NCBI RefSeq assembly: GCF_002733705.1
Contig: NZ_NVWP01000034.1
DNA length: 64,000 bases
Direction: 5' to 3' (one strand)
Source of the DNA: Henriciella sp.
GTDB lineage: Bacteria > Pseudomonadota > Alphaproteobacteria > Caulobacterales > Hyphomonadaceae
The stretch's first letter is position 1; the number at the start of each line of letters is the position of its first letter. This document shows, piece after piece, positions 1 to 8,513 of the stretch. The translations under genes were made by a program, and so were the position numbers. The notes beneath the pieces are model-generated. The model was not told where the DNA came from and ran no database searches. It saw only the letters and a program-made list of their open reading frames with translations.

Positions 1-1
1 G

Positions 2-355
2 GTCGGCCATGCGATCGAGTGCCGGATCAATGCCGAACACCCGGAAACCTTCGCGCCCTCCCCCGGTACGATCACCGAGTTCCATGCACCGGGCGGCCCC
101 GATGTACGTCTCGATAGCGCCGCCTATGCCGGCTACAAGATCCCACCCAATTATGACAGCCTTATCGGGAAGCTGATCGTGCATGGGCGCACGCGCAATG
201 AGTGCATCATGCGCCTGCGCCGGGCGCTGGATGAAATGGTGGTCGGGGGTATTCACACGACCCTGCCGCTGCACCAGCGTCTCGTGGATGCCAAGGATGT
301 GGTCGACGGCCATTATGACATCCACTGGCTGGAGCGTTTCCTGGCCGACAAATAG
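2..355 (+). CDS. accC: acetyl-CoA carboxylase biotin carboxylase subunit, C-terminal part (5' truncated by window)
   Basis: Manual frame-2 translation GHAIECRINAE...PSPG...PGGPDVRLDS...YDSLIGKLIVHG...; stop TAG at 353-355. Confidence 0.95.
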   Translation, partial: VGHAIECRINAEHPETFAPSPGTITEFHAPGGPDVRLDSAAYAGYKIPPNYDSLIGKLIVHGRTRNECIMRLRRALDEMVVGGIHTTLPLHQRLVDAKDVVDGHYDIHWLERFLADK

Positions 356-378
356 GTCCCGGGAAAGGCGCGAGCGCC

Positions 379-1047
379 ATGTCTGACCGATTCGATACCG
401 AGATGCTCCTCGACTGCTACCGGCAGGGCGTGTTTCCCATGGCGGATTCGCGCGAGGACATGAACCTCTTCCTGATCTCTCCAGAGATCAGGGGCATCCT
501 GCCGCTCAAGGGGTTTCATGTGCCACGCCGCCTGCGCAAGACAGTGCGCAAGGCGCCCTATCGCGTCACGGTAGACCTTGCCTTCAACCGGGTCATCGAG
601 GCCTGCGCGGAGGATATGCCAGACCGGCCCACCACATGGATCAATACACCGATCCAGAACATGTATGCCGCCCTCCACAGGCAGGGCCATGCCCATTCAA
701 TTGAGTGCTGGGACGATGAAGGATGGCTGGTGGGCGGGCTTTACGGGGTCTCGCTGGGCGCGGCCTTCTTTGGCGAAAGCATGTTTTCGCGGCGCACTGA
801 CGCGTCAAAGATCGCGCTTGTCCATCTGGTGGCACGGCTGATCGCCGGCGGCTACCAGCTGCTCGACGCGCAGTTCCACAACCCGCATCTGGAGCAGTTC
901 GGCCTGATCGAGATGAAAAAGTCGGACTTCATGCGCCGGCTCGAGGCCGCCCTCGCCATGGACGCTGACTTCTATTCGTCTGGCGAAGCGGGCGAGGACA
1001 GGCTTTCCGGCGAAGGCTGCTTGCACCTGATCACCCAGACATCATAG
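379..1047 (+). CDS. aat: leucyl/phenylalanyl-tRNA--protein transferase
   Basis: YRQGVFPM, HSIECW, LVGGLYGV...FFGESMFS...DASKIAL motifs. Confidence 0.95.
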   Translation: MSDRFDTEMLLDCYRQGVFPMADSREDMNLFLISPEIRGILPLKGFHVPRRLRKTVRKAPYRVTVDLAFNRVIEACAEDMPDRPTTWINTPIQNMYAALHRQGHAHSIECWDDEGWLVGGLYGVSLGAAFFGESMFSRRTDASKIALVHLVARLIAGGYQLLDAQFHNPHLEQFGLIEMKKSDFMRRLEAALAMDADFYSSGEAGEDRLSGEGCLHLITQTS

Positions 1048-1595
1048 ACGGGGTGTTCCAGCGCGCTGAGCCCCGGTGAGGACGCAAACATCCAGCCGGA
1101 AAAGAGCGGCCCGGCCTCTTCCTCTTTCTCTGCTGGCTGCCTAGGCGCCGTTTTTCTGTCCGCAGCATCGAGTTCTGCCTTAACGTCGGACAGGAGACGC
1201 GGCTCTGTCAGCGTGTTGGTTGCCACATAATCGGCTTCGGTAATCTGCAGGAAGGCAGCACTTTCCGGCGGCTCCTCCGGCGGGGTCTGGAAACAGACCT
1301 TCAGGTCGACTTCCAGCACGCCATAGACGACCGGCTTGCCGACTTCGATCTCAAAGTCGGTTGACCGGCCGGTGATCTTGTCGAGCGCGCGAAGCGTGGC
1401 CATACGTTCCTGATTATAGGTCGGACCGGGGTCTTCCTGCTCCTCTTCCTCGAGGCTTTCCATCCCGTCGGTCTCTTGCGCGCCCTCTTCGCTGGCTTCA
1501 TCGCCGGCGTCCAGCGCAGGATCGGTCTCATCCTGTGCGCTGGCGCCCAGACTGATCGCTGCTGCCGTCAGGGCGACGCAGAAAAGCTTTCTCAC
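972..1595 (-). CDS. DUF2155-type exported protein with acidic N-terminal region
   Basis: Signal peptide; LRALDKITGR, AAFLQI, FSGWMFASSPGLSALEHPVYDVWV; usual neighbour of aat/mlaD/NDUFA12; overlaps the aat 3' end convergently. Confidence 0.85.
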   Translation of the reverse strand: MRKLFCVALTAAAISLGASAQDETDPALDAGDEASEEGAQETDGMESLEEEEQEDPGPTYNQERMATLRALDKITGRSTDFEIEVGKPVVYGVLEVDLKVCFQTPPEEPPESAAFLQITEADYVATNTLTEPRLLSDVKAELDAADRKTAPRQPAEKEEEAGPLFSGWMFASSPGLSALEHPVYDVWVIRCKQPSPESLSSPASPDE

Positions 1596-2287
1596 TGATT
1601 GTCTCCTGCCGATTCCTCATCTTCTGTCTCATCGACAGAAGCCTCGGATTCAGGAGATTCTGTGTCGTCTTCTGCATTTTCCTGCGGTGTTTCGGCGCTG
1701 GAGGCCGAGGCATTGTCCGAAGCGGACGGGGCAGCCGGATAACCGCCTGACGCATCGCTGGATGAGCTGGAGCTGCTTCCACTGCCGCTGTCGCCATCAT
1801 CTCCGCCGCCGCTTGCAAAGGACGCCATGAGGGTGAGCAGGTCGACACTGCCCTGCGTGTAGAGGATTTCGCCGCAGCCGCTCTCGCCGAACAGCTCCTG
1901 ACCCTCGCCGCAAGGTTCGATCTGGCCGTAGCCGGCAGCAGGCTCGAGATTGATATAATTGCCGCCCAGCAGGCCTTCGGACTGGATACGGGCGGACGTG
2001 CCATCCTCGAGCGGGACCAGCCGGTCATCGATCGCCATTGTCACCAGCGCTTCTGCACGTTCCATATTGAGGTCAATCGCACGTACCGTGCCGACCTTGA
2101 CCCCGGCCATGCGAACATCGGTGCCGCGCTCGACCCCGCTCACACTATTGAACCGAGCGCCAAGCTCTACCGTGCCGGACGTGCTGGCCGAGCTGTCACT
2201 GCCCGTGCCGATGGCAAACCAGAGGAAGGCGCCGGCCACGACGAGGACCGCCGCGCCGATAATTGTTTCGAGCAGGGATTCACGCAT
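1592..2287 (-). CDS. mlaD: MlaD/MCE-family protein with long Ser/Asp/Glu-rich tail
   Basis: MRESLLETIIG TM helix; ARFNSVSGVERGTDVRMAGVKVG, SEGLLGGNYINLEP. Start placed at ATG 2287, coupled to the NDUFA12 stop. Confidence 0.85.
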   Translation of the reverse strand: MRESLLETIIGAAVLVVAGAFLWFAIGTGSDSSASTSGTVELGARFNSVSGVERGTDVRMAGVKVGTVRAIDLNMERAEALVTMAIDDRLVPLEDGTSARIQSEGLLGGNYINLEPAAGYGQIEPCGEGQELFGESGCGEILYTQGSVDLLTLMASFASGGGDDGDSGSGSSSSSSSDASGGYPAAPSASDNASASSAETPQENAEDDTESPESEASVDETEDEESAGDNQ

Positions 2288-2669
2288 CGGGGGTCCACGC
2301 CTCATAATCTGCATCAGAAGCCTGGCGCTTGCCGGCCTCATTGAGTGAGCCTTTCGGGTGATAGGCAAACAGGGTGCCGGTCATGTTCGGCTTATGGTCG
2401 ATTTCCCATTCGCGGCGATTGAGCGGCTTTTCCGTCGGCGGCTCATCCAGCGTGTGATGCAGCCAGCCATGCCAGTCTGCCGGCACCTTGGAGGGCTCTG
2501 CATAGCCATCATAGATGACATAGCGGCGGTGACGGCGCTCTATGGAGACCTTGCGGTCTTCATAATACTTGTTGCCGTACTCATCGGTGCCGACGAGCTG
2601 GCTGCGGCGCTTGATATCGAACAGGCCGCCGAGCGTGACGCCATTCCACCAGGTAAAGAGTCTGAGCAT
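2280..2669 (-). CDS. NADH:ubiquinone oxidoreductase accessory subunit, NDUFA12 (17.2 kDa) family
   Basis: VGTDEYGNKYY, RRYVIY, EPSKVPADWHGWLHH, HKPNMTGT, DYEAWTP. Confidence 0.92.
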   Translation of the reverse strand: MLRLFTWWNGVTLGGLFDIKRRSQLVGTDEYGNKYYEDRKVSIERRHRRYVIYDGYAEPSKVPADWHGWLHHTLDEPPTEKPLNRREWEIDHKPNMTGTLFAYHPKGSLNEAGKRQASDADYEAWTPDA

Positions 2670-2744
2670 GTCGCAATCCTGAAACTTCTGTGCGCAAACT
2701 GGAATATGGGGCAGGTCGTGCGGCGAATCCAGTTATGGATCGGC

Positions 2745-2760
2745 TCACAATATATGTGAC
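2745..2760 (+). promoter_or_regulatory. NrdR-box-like site
   Basis: TCACAATATATGTGAC versus NrdR consensus acaCwAtATaTwGtg (one base short), upstream of an nrdJ-like gene, inside inverted repeat CGGCTC...GAGCCG. Confidence 0.4.
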
Positions 2761-2835
2761 GAGCCGTCAAGCCTTCTGCATCATTGTGATGCGTCAGGAC
2801 AAGGCGGGTCCGCCGAGCCGTGAGAGGATGATGAC

Positions 2836-5103
2836 ATGGGACACAGGGAGTCGCCAGACGCACGCATCAAGGCAGCTGTGGAGGACGGGCGCATCGGCCC
2901 GGTTGCTCCGCTGGGCTCGCTTGCTCTCATGCCAAACGCACCATTCGCCGCAGATGGCGAAGCCGCCCTGCGAACGGCGATTGATGTGCAGACCAATGAG
3001 GCCCTCGAGAAACAGACACGGCTCGGGCTCGCCGATCTTGTCGAGCAGCTTGGCACGGCGCCGCGCAATGCAGACCTCGCCGAAGCGCTGAATGCGGGCC
3101 TGCCGGCACAGTTGATCGAGGCCGGTCTGACCCATCCTGACGGCTTTCCAGGCGTAGAAGCCTGGCTACGGTCCAGTGCCATGGCAGACGCCGACCAGGC
3201 GCCGCTCGCCCTCACCGCGGAACAATTTGCCGCAGCCCCGCTGATGGCCGAACATGCCCGCAGCGAAGGCATCAGCCTGAGCATCTGGCCGGGCCATATG
3301 CCGGACGCCGCCTCTGCTGGCTGCGCCCTGGATGTGAGCGGTTTCGTCTCGCCGGAGGGGTTCGAGACAGGTCTGCTGCGCGAGACTGTGGAGGCGCTTG
3401 CATCCGCCTGCAATGGCAGACCTCTAGTGATCCTGGCTCAGGGCGTGGCGGCAGCGACGCTTGCGCTGGGCGCCGACGATGAAACCTCTTTTGGACAGAT
3501 CGGCGCTGCGCTGATTTCAGGTCTCACAGCCCTCATCGAGGGGGGAGAGATGCCGCAGGATGCGCCAGACCTGCTTGGCACTGAGGTTCAGACCTGTTCC
3601 CCGATTGAGGGGGCAACGCTCGCCGCCATGCCGCTTCGCCTGTCAGAGGAAAGCCAGCTCATGCCCGCCAGCGACGGGCTTTCCGGCTCGATCTCGCTGA
3701 CGGTCCTGACCGAAGATGGCGCGGCAATTCCCTCTGCTGCCGCCATGACGGCACTGCAGCGCAGGGAGGCGGGCGGCCCGGACGCGCTTCGCGAAGCGCT
3801 TGAGGCTGGCTGCGACATTGACCGTCTGGAGGCCGTGAACAGCAAGGCCCTGCGCGCACGCGGATTTTCCGATGAAGGCATCTCGCGCGTGCGCAATGCC
3901 TTGCGCGAAGGCCTGCCGCTGGGCGCGGCCTTCTCACGCTGGGTTCTGGGCGACGATGTCATTGCAACAGAGCTAAAGCTGCAGCCTGAAGCCTTCGACA
4001 CCGACGGCCGGCCGCTGCTTCGCATGCTTGGCTTTTCCGCCGAGGAGATCGAGACAGCCGAACAGGCTGTCGGCGGCGCTGCGGAAGCAACGGCGCGGCG
4101 CTTCTTCGCGCAGCAAGGCATCACCCTGCCCTCAGCGTCGGGTTTTGCGCTGGCTGCCGCCAGGGGCCTGTCACAGGCCAGCGGGCATGGCTTTTGTGTC
4201 GATGCGAGCGACTGGACGCCGGACGCGCGTGAAGCCGCCCTGTCTGCGGGCATCGCCATCCATCTGGGCGCCCTGCCCCGCGAGGAGGAAGGCAAGGCGT
4301 CCGACCGCATGACGGCGGTCTTCGAACTCGCCGAAGAATTGCAGGCCGAAGAGGCGCGAGCCATGCAGGCTGGGGCCGCGCCCGGCACGGCCACCGGCGC
4401 CCAGCGCACGCGCCTGCCGGACCGGCGCAAGGGCTATATCCAGAAATCGACCGTCGGCGGCCACAAGGTGTATCTGCATACGGGCGAATTCGACGATGGC
4501 GCCCTCGGCGAGATCTTCATCGACATGCACAAGGAAGGCGCCGCTTTCCGCTCGATGATGAACAATTTTGCCATCGCCGTCTCACTCGGCCTTCAATATG
4601 GCGTGCCGCTGGATGAGTATGTCGACGCTTTCGTCTTCACGCGGTTCGAGCCGGCCGGCGAAGTCACTGGCAATGATCGCATCACCAAGGCGACCTCCAT
4701 CCTCGACTATATCTTCCGGGAGCTTGCAATCTCCTATCTTGGCCGTGACGACCTTGCCGAGCTTGGCGACGATGTCAGCCATGACGGCCTGGGCCGCGGT
4801 CTCAAGGACGGCACGCGCGAGGCGCCGCAGCCCCTGCCGGATGAGGCGGTGCAGTTCATTTCGCGCGGTTTCTCACGCGGGCAGCTGCCGGACAATATCG
4901 TCATTCTTGAGCGCAAGCGCGCCGAGCGGGACGAAGCCGCCTCAGCCAGCGCGGAAGAGGCTGAGGACGAGGAGACCGAAGACTATCTCAGCGACCCCTG
5001 CCCGCACTGTTCGAGCTTTACCCTGATGGCCACGGGCGATGAACGGGTGGCCCATTGCGCCACCTGTAACGAGCCGACCCGGTCCGAATCGGGATTCAAC
5101 TGA
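2836..5103 (+). CDS. degenerate class II (B12-dependent) ribonucleotide reductase homologue with conserved C-terminal (TSCPD/NrdJb-like) domain and Zn ribbon
   Basis: C-terminal [27 protein letters not shown]...[35 protein letters not shown]...TRFEPAG...[15 protein letters not shown] is NrdJ-like; no NPCxE catalytic motif; sits at the usual nrdJ position divergent from NDUFA12. Confidence 0.8.
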   Translation: MGHRESPDARIKAAVEDGRIGPVAPLGSLALMPNAPFAADGEAALRTAIDVQTNEALEKQTRLGLADLVEQLGTAPRNADLAEALNAGLPAQLIEAGLTHPDGFPGVEAWLRSSAMADADQAPLALTAEQFAAAPLMAEHARSEGISLSIWPGHMPDAASAGCALDVSGFVSPEGFETGLLRETVEALASACNGRPLVILAQGVAAATLALGADDETSFGQIGAALISGLTALIEGGEMPQDAPDLLGTEVQTCSPIEGATLAAMPLRLSEESQLMPASDGLSGSISLTVLTEDGAAIPSAAAMTALQRREAGGPDALREALEAGCDIDRLEAVNSKALRARGFSDEGISRVRNALREGLPLGAAFSRWVLGDDVIATELKLQPEAFDTDGRPLLRMLGFSAEEIETAEQAVGGAAEATARRFFAQQGITLPSASGFALAAARGLSQASGHGFCVDASDWTPDAREAALSAGIAIHLGALPREEEGKASDRMTAVFELAEELQAEEARAMQAGAAPGTATGAQRTRLPDRRKGYIQKSTVGGHKVYLHTGEFDDGALGEIFIDMHKEGAAFRSMMNNFAIAVSLGLQYGVPLDEYVDAFVFTRFEPAGEVTGNDRITKATSILDYIFRELAISYLGRDDLAELGDDVSHDGLGRGLKDGTREAPQPLPDEAVQFISRGFSRGQLPDNIVILERKRAERDEAASASAEEAEDEETEDYLSDPCPHCSSFTLMATGDERVAHCATCNEPTRSESGFN

Positions 5104-5172
5104 GCGGGGAATCTGGCAGCGCCTTTGCGTAGGAGATGCTGTGATCCAAAATCCAGCCCCTACAGGTGTGCC

Positions 5173-5664
5173 ATGCTGAAACATTTTTTCATTGCTCTCG
5201 CCACTATCGCCGCGCTCGCGCTTCCGGCCGCGGCTCAGAATGCCAGCGAGATCGCCAAGGTCCGCAACGGGCAGTCCTGTCCGGGCTGCAATCTGTTCCA
5301 GGCGGACCTTGCCTATTATGACGCCGACGGCATCGATGTTTCCGGCTCGCGCCTTCGCCAGAGCGATATGCAGCTGGGGACATTCGATAACTGGAATTTG
5401 CGCGGGGCCAATCTTTCGGTCGCCAACCTCTTCGGCGTGCGGTTCAATTCCTCGAACTTCTCCAATGTGAATTTCGAGAATGCGACGCTGGTGGGCGGCT
5501 ATTTTGGCGCGTCAAACTTCACCGGAGCAAACCTGTCCGGGGCCAATCTTTCTGGCGCTGATCTGCATCTGGTCCGCGGCCTGACGCAAGGGCAGCTGAA
5601 CCGCGCATGCGGCGATCGAACGACCCAGCTGCCCGGGGGACTGACCATTCCACGGTGCGGCTAG
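5173..5664 (+). CDS. exported pentapeptide-repeat protein
   Basis: Signal peptide MLKHFFIALA...; SCPGCNL cap; A(N/D)L(S/F)G-type 5-residue repeats; ACGDRTTQLP end. Confidence 0.88.
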   Translation: MLKHFFIALATIAALALPAAAQNASEIAKVRNGQSCPGCNLFQADLAYYDADGIDVSGSRLRQSDMQLGTFDNWNLRGANLSVANLFGVRFNSSNFSNVNFENATLVGGYFGASNFTGANLSGANLSGADLHLVRGLTQGQLNRACGDRTTQLPGGLTIPRCG

Positions 5665-5745
5665 CGGGCAACACATATGTACGTACTTGCAGTTATTACC
5701 GGGAATTCAGTTCAAAGCCTCCAGCTGAGCCCGTACATATAGCGC

Positions 5746-6528
5746 ATGCTTAATCTACGTCGTACCTCTGTCCTTCTGGCGCTTTCCGGTTCGGCGATGC
5801 TCATGGCCGGGCAAGCCAGCGCCCAATCGAAATCGACCCGTGTGTCCTGGGCGCCGTCCTATGGCGGGTCCTGCGTGAACTGTGATCTGCGCGGACGCAA
5901 CATGTCTGGCGGCGACATTTCAGCGGCGAACTATCCCCGCTCCAACCTCTCAGGCGCGTTCCTGCGCGGGACACGGGCGCTCAATATCAATCTGACGGAC
6001 GCGACAGCCAAAGGCACGGATTTCCGGCGCGCGACGCTGGACGGATCGCAACTGGTCAATGGCCATTTCGAGGGCTCCCGGTTTGAGCGGGCCAGCCTCG
6101 TCAATGCCGACATCTCCGGTGCGACCTTCAGCGATACGTATCTCAGCGGCGCCCATCTTGGCGCGGCCACGGCCACCGGCGCGAATTTCTCGCGTGCCAG
6201 GGCGTCGGGCACCGACTTCTCCGGCGCCAATTTGACTGGCGCGACATTCGAGGGCGCCGTCCTGCGTGAGGCCCAGTTCAATAATGCCATCCTGAGCGGG
6301 ACGAATTTCGCGGGCGCCGACCTTCAGAATGCGCGTATCACCAATACGAGGCTCATCGATGTGAGCTTTGAGGGCGCGAGCGGCCTGGAGCAGACCATTT
6401 TCGATGGCAGCTGCGCGGGCGAAAATACGGATGTTCCGGCCAGCCTGTCGCTGATCTCCTGCCAGAACGTTCAGCTGCCGGGCTCTGACGAACTTCGCGG
6501 CGGACTGATCCAGACCGCCGGCAAATAA
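5746..6528 (+). CDS. exported pentapeptide-repeat protein
   Basis: Signal peptide; SCVNCDL cap; long run of ADISG/ANFSR/TDFSG/ANLTG repeats. Confidence 0.88.
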   Translation: MLNLRRTSVLLALSGSAMLMAGQASAQSKSTRVSWAPSYGGSCVNCDLRGRNMSGGDISAANYPRSNLSGAFLRGTRALNINLTDATAKGTDFRRATLDGSQLVNGHFEGSRFERASLVNADISGATFSDTYLSGAHLGAATATGANFSRARASGTDFSGANLTGATFEGAVLREAQFNNAILSGTNFAGADLQNARITNTRLIDVSFEGASGLEQTIFDGSCAGENTDVPASLSLISCQNVQLPGSDELRGGLIQTAGK

Positions 6529-6558
6529 AAACGCCCCCGACCAAGCCAGGGGCGCTTT
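6529..6558. terminator. intrinsic terminator between convergent pentapeptide gene and aspS
   Basis: Stem CGCCCC (6532-6537)/GGGGCG (6549-6554); T-tract on the minus strand, weaker on plus. Confidence 0.65.
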
Positions 6559-6589
6559 CATTTCAATACAATTACTGGCGCGCAGCGCC

Positions 6590-8425
6590 CTATTCCTTCT
6601 TCGCCTGCGGAGCAAGGCGGATATGGAGCTCGCGCAGCTGCTTGTCGTCGACCGGCGATGGGGCCTGCATCATGAGGTCGCGCGCCTGCTGGTTCATCGG
6701 GAACAGCGTGACGTCGCGCAGATTGTCGACCTCAGCCAGCAGCATCACGATCCGGTCGACACCCGGTGCGATACCGCCGTGCGGCGGGGCACCGAAGCGG
6801 AAGGCGTTCAGCATGCCGCCAAACTCGGCCTCGACCACATCTGCGCCATAGCCTGCCAGTTCGAACGCCTTGAGCATGATGTCCGGACGGTGGTTCCGGA
6901 TGGCGCCGGAGGACAGCTCCACGCCATTACAGACAATGTCATACTGGAAGGCCTTGAGGTCGAGCTGCTTCTCGACCGTATCGGCCTGGTCCAGCGCGTC
7001 CATCCCGCCCTGCGGCATGGAGAACGGGTTGTGGGAGAAGTCGATCTTCTTGTTGTCCTCGTCCCACTCATACATCGGGAAATCGACGATCCAGCAGAAT
7101 TTGAAGATGCCCTGCTCGATGAGGTCCAGCTCCTCGCCGACCTTGGTACGGGCAGCGCCTGCCAGCTTGTAGGCTGCGTCGTGATTACCGGCCGAGAAGA
7201 AGATGCCGTCGCCAGCACCAAGGCCCATCGTCTCAAGGAAAGCCTTGAGATGGTCAGGGTCAAAATTCTTCAGGACGGGGTCCTGGCTGTCGACACCGCC
7301 GCCATCGGCCTCCTTGAGGCGCGCATAGCCAAGGCCGGGCGCCTGCATTTCCTTCTTCGCCCACTTGTCGAGGTCATCGAAGAATTTGCGGGATTTCTGC
7401 TCAGCCGCCTTTGGCGCGGGGATGGCGATAACCTTGCCACCGCCGCCAATGATCTTGGCAAAGATGGAAAAGCCGGTCTTGCTGTCATCGGCGAAGAAAT
7501 CGGTGACATCGGCAAGCTCGATCGGGTTACGCAGATCTGGCTTGTCGGAGCCATATTTGGCCATGGCTTCAGCATAGGGAATGCGCGGGAACGGGCCCTC
7601 GGGCATGGTGCGGCCCTTGCCCTGCCAGTCGGCGAATTCCTCGAACACGCCGCGCATGACAGGCTCGATCGCGTTGAACACATCTTCCTGCTCGACAAAG
7701 CTCATCTCGATATCGAGCTGATAGAACTCACCGGGGCTGCGGTCGGCGCGTGCGTCTTCATCGCGGAAACAGGGCGCGATCTGGAAGTAGCGGTCGAAAC
7801 CGGACACCATGAGCAGCTGCTTGAACTGCTGCGGCGCCTGCGGGAGGGCATAGAACTCACCCGGATGCAGACGCGATGGCACGAGGAAGTCGCGTGCGCC
7901 TTCGGGCGAAGAGGCCGTCAGGATCGGCGTCTGATATTCGGTGAAGCCCTGATCGACCATGCGGCGGCGAAGCGAGGTGATGACGTCGCTGCGCAGTTTC
8001 ATATTGGCGTGCAGCGTCTCACGGCGAAGGTCGAGATAGCGATGGCGCAGACGGATGTCTTCTGGATAATCCGGCTCACCAAACACAGGCAGCGGCAGTT
8101 CATCGGCGCGCGAGAGAACCTCGGCCTTGTCGACAACGACTTCGATACTGCCGGTCGCGAGGTTCGGATTGACGAGCGAGTCCTCACGGGCAACGACGCG
8201 GCCCTCAATCGTGATGACGCTTTCGGCGCGCAGATATTCAACGGTCTCAAAATCGGGCGTGCCCGGATTGAAGACGCACTGGGTCAGACCATAATGGTCG
8301 CGCAGGTCGATGAACATAACACCGCCATGGTCGCGGCGGCGGTGAAGCCAGCCTGAGAGTTTGACCGTGGCGCCGACGTCAGACTTGGTGAGTTCGCCGC
8401 AAGTATGGGTGCGGTAAGCGTGCAT
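6590..8425 (-). CDS. aspS: aspartyl-tRNA synthetase (probably non-discriminating)
   Basis: [58 protein letters not shown]. Start at ATG 8425; the longer ORF-track N-terminus overlaps rnd. Confidence 0.97.
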   Translation of the reverse strand: MHAYRTHTCGELTKSDVGATVKLSGWLHRRRDHGGVMFIDLRDHYGLTQCVFNPGTPDFETVEYLRAESVITIEGRVVAREDSLVNPNLATGSIEVVVDKAEVLSRADELPLPVFGEPDYPEDIRLRHRYLDLRRETLHANMKLRSDVITSLRRRMVDQGFTEYQTPILTASSPEGARDFLVPSRLHPGEFYALPQAPQQFKQLLMVSGFDRYFQIAPCFRDEDARADRSPGEFYQLDIEMSFVEQEDVFNAIEPVMRGVFEEFADWQGKGRTMPEGPFPRIPYAEAMAKYGSDKPDLRNPIELADVTDFFADDSKTGFSIFAKIIGGGGKVIAIPAPKAAEQKSRKFFDDLDKWAKKEMQAPGLGYARLKEADGGGVDSQDPVLKNFDPDHLKAFLETMGLGAGDGIFFSAGNHDAAYKLAGAARTKVGEELDLIEQGIFKFCWIVDFPMYEWDEDNKKIDFSHNPFSMPQGGMDALDQADTVEKQLDLKAFQYDIVCNGVELSSGAIRNHRPDIMLKAFELAGYGADVVEAEFGGMLNAFRFGAPPHGGIAPGVDRIVMLLAEVDNLRDVTLFPMNQQARDLMMQAPSPVDDKQLRELHIRLAPQAKKE

Positions 8426-8513
8426 TCTCTCACTCCGAGGATTACTGTCAGGCGATGGGTTATGTGAACCTTCCCCTCGCCAATGTTGTGCGGATGCGAT
8501 ACGCGTGCGCGCC

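Noticed and set aside
972-1047. 76-nt convergent overlap of aat and the DUF2155 gene as a novel feature
   Set aside because: Both reading frames look genuine and this gene pair is a common alphaproteobacterial arrangement.
2670-2835. Cobalamin riboswitch upstream of the nrdJ-like gene
   Set aside because: No recognisable B12-element core (GGGAA...GCCCCCGC.ACTGT...); an Rfam scan would settle it.
2836-5103. Calling the nrdJ-like gene a pseudogene or an active RNR
   Set aside because: There are no stops or frameshifts and the C-domain is well conserved (not a clear pseudogene), yet NPCxE is absent (not a supportable active enzyme).
5173-6528. Qnr/MfpA-type quinolone resistance
   Set aside because: Both proteins have signal peptides and so would not reach gyrase; no Qnr-specific loops recognised.
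6623-8356. 577-aa plus-strand ORF
   Set aside because: Antisense shadow of aspS with no motifs; expected in GC-rich DNA. The same applies to 8460-9395, 18579-19931, 33324-34589, 38576-39583, 46823-47986, 58490-59131, 60892-61695 and most other overlapping track ORFs.
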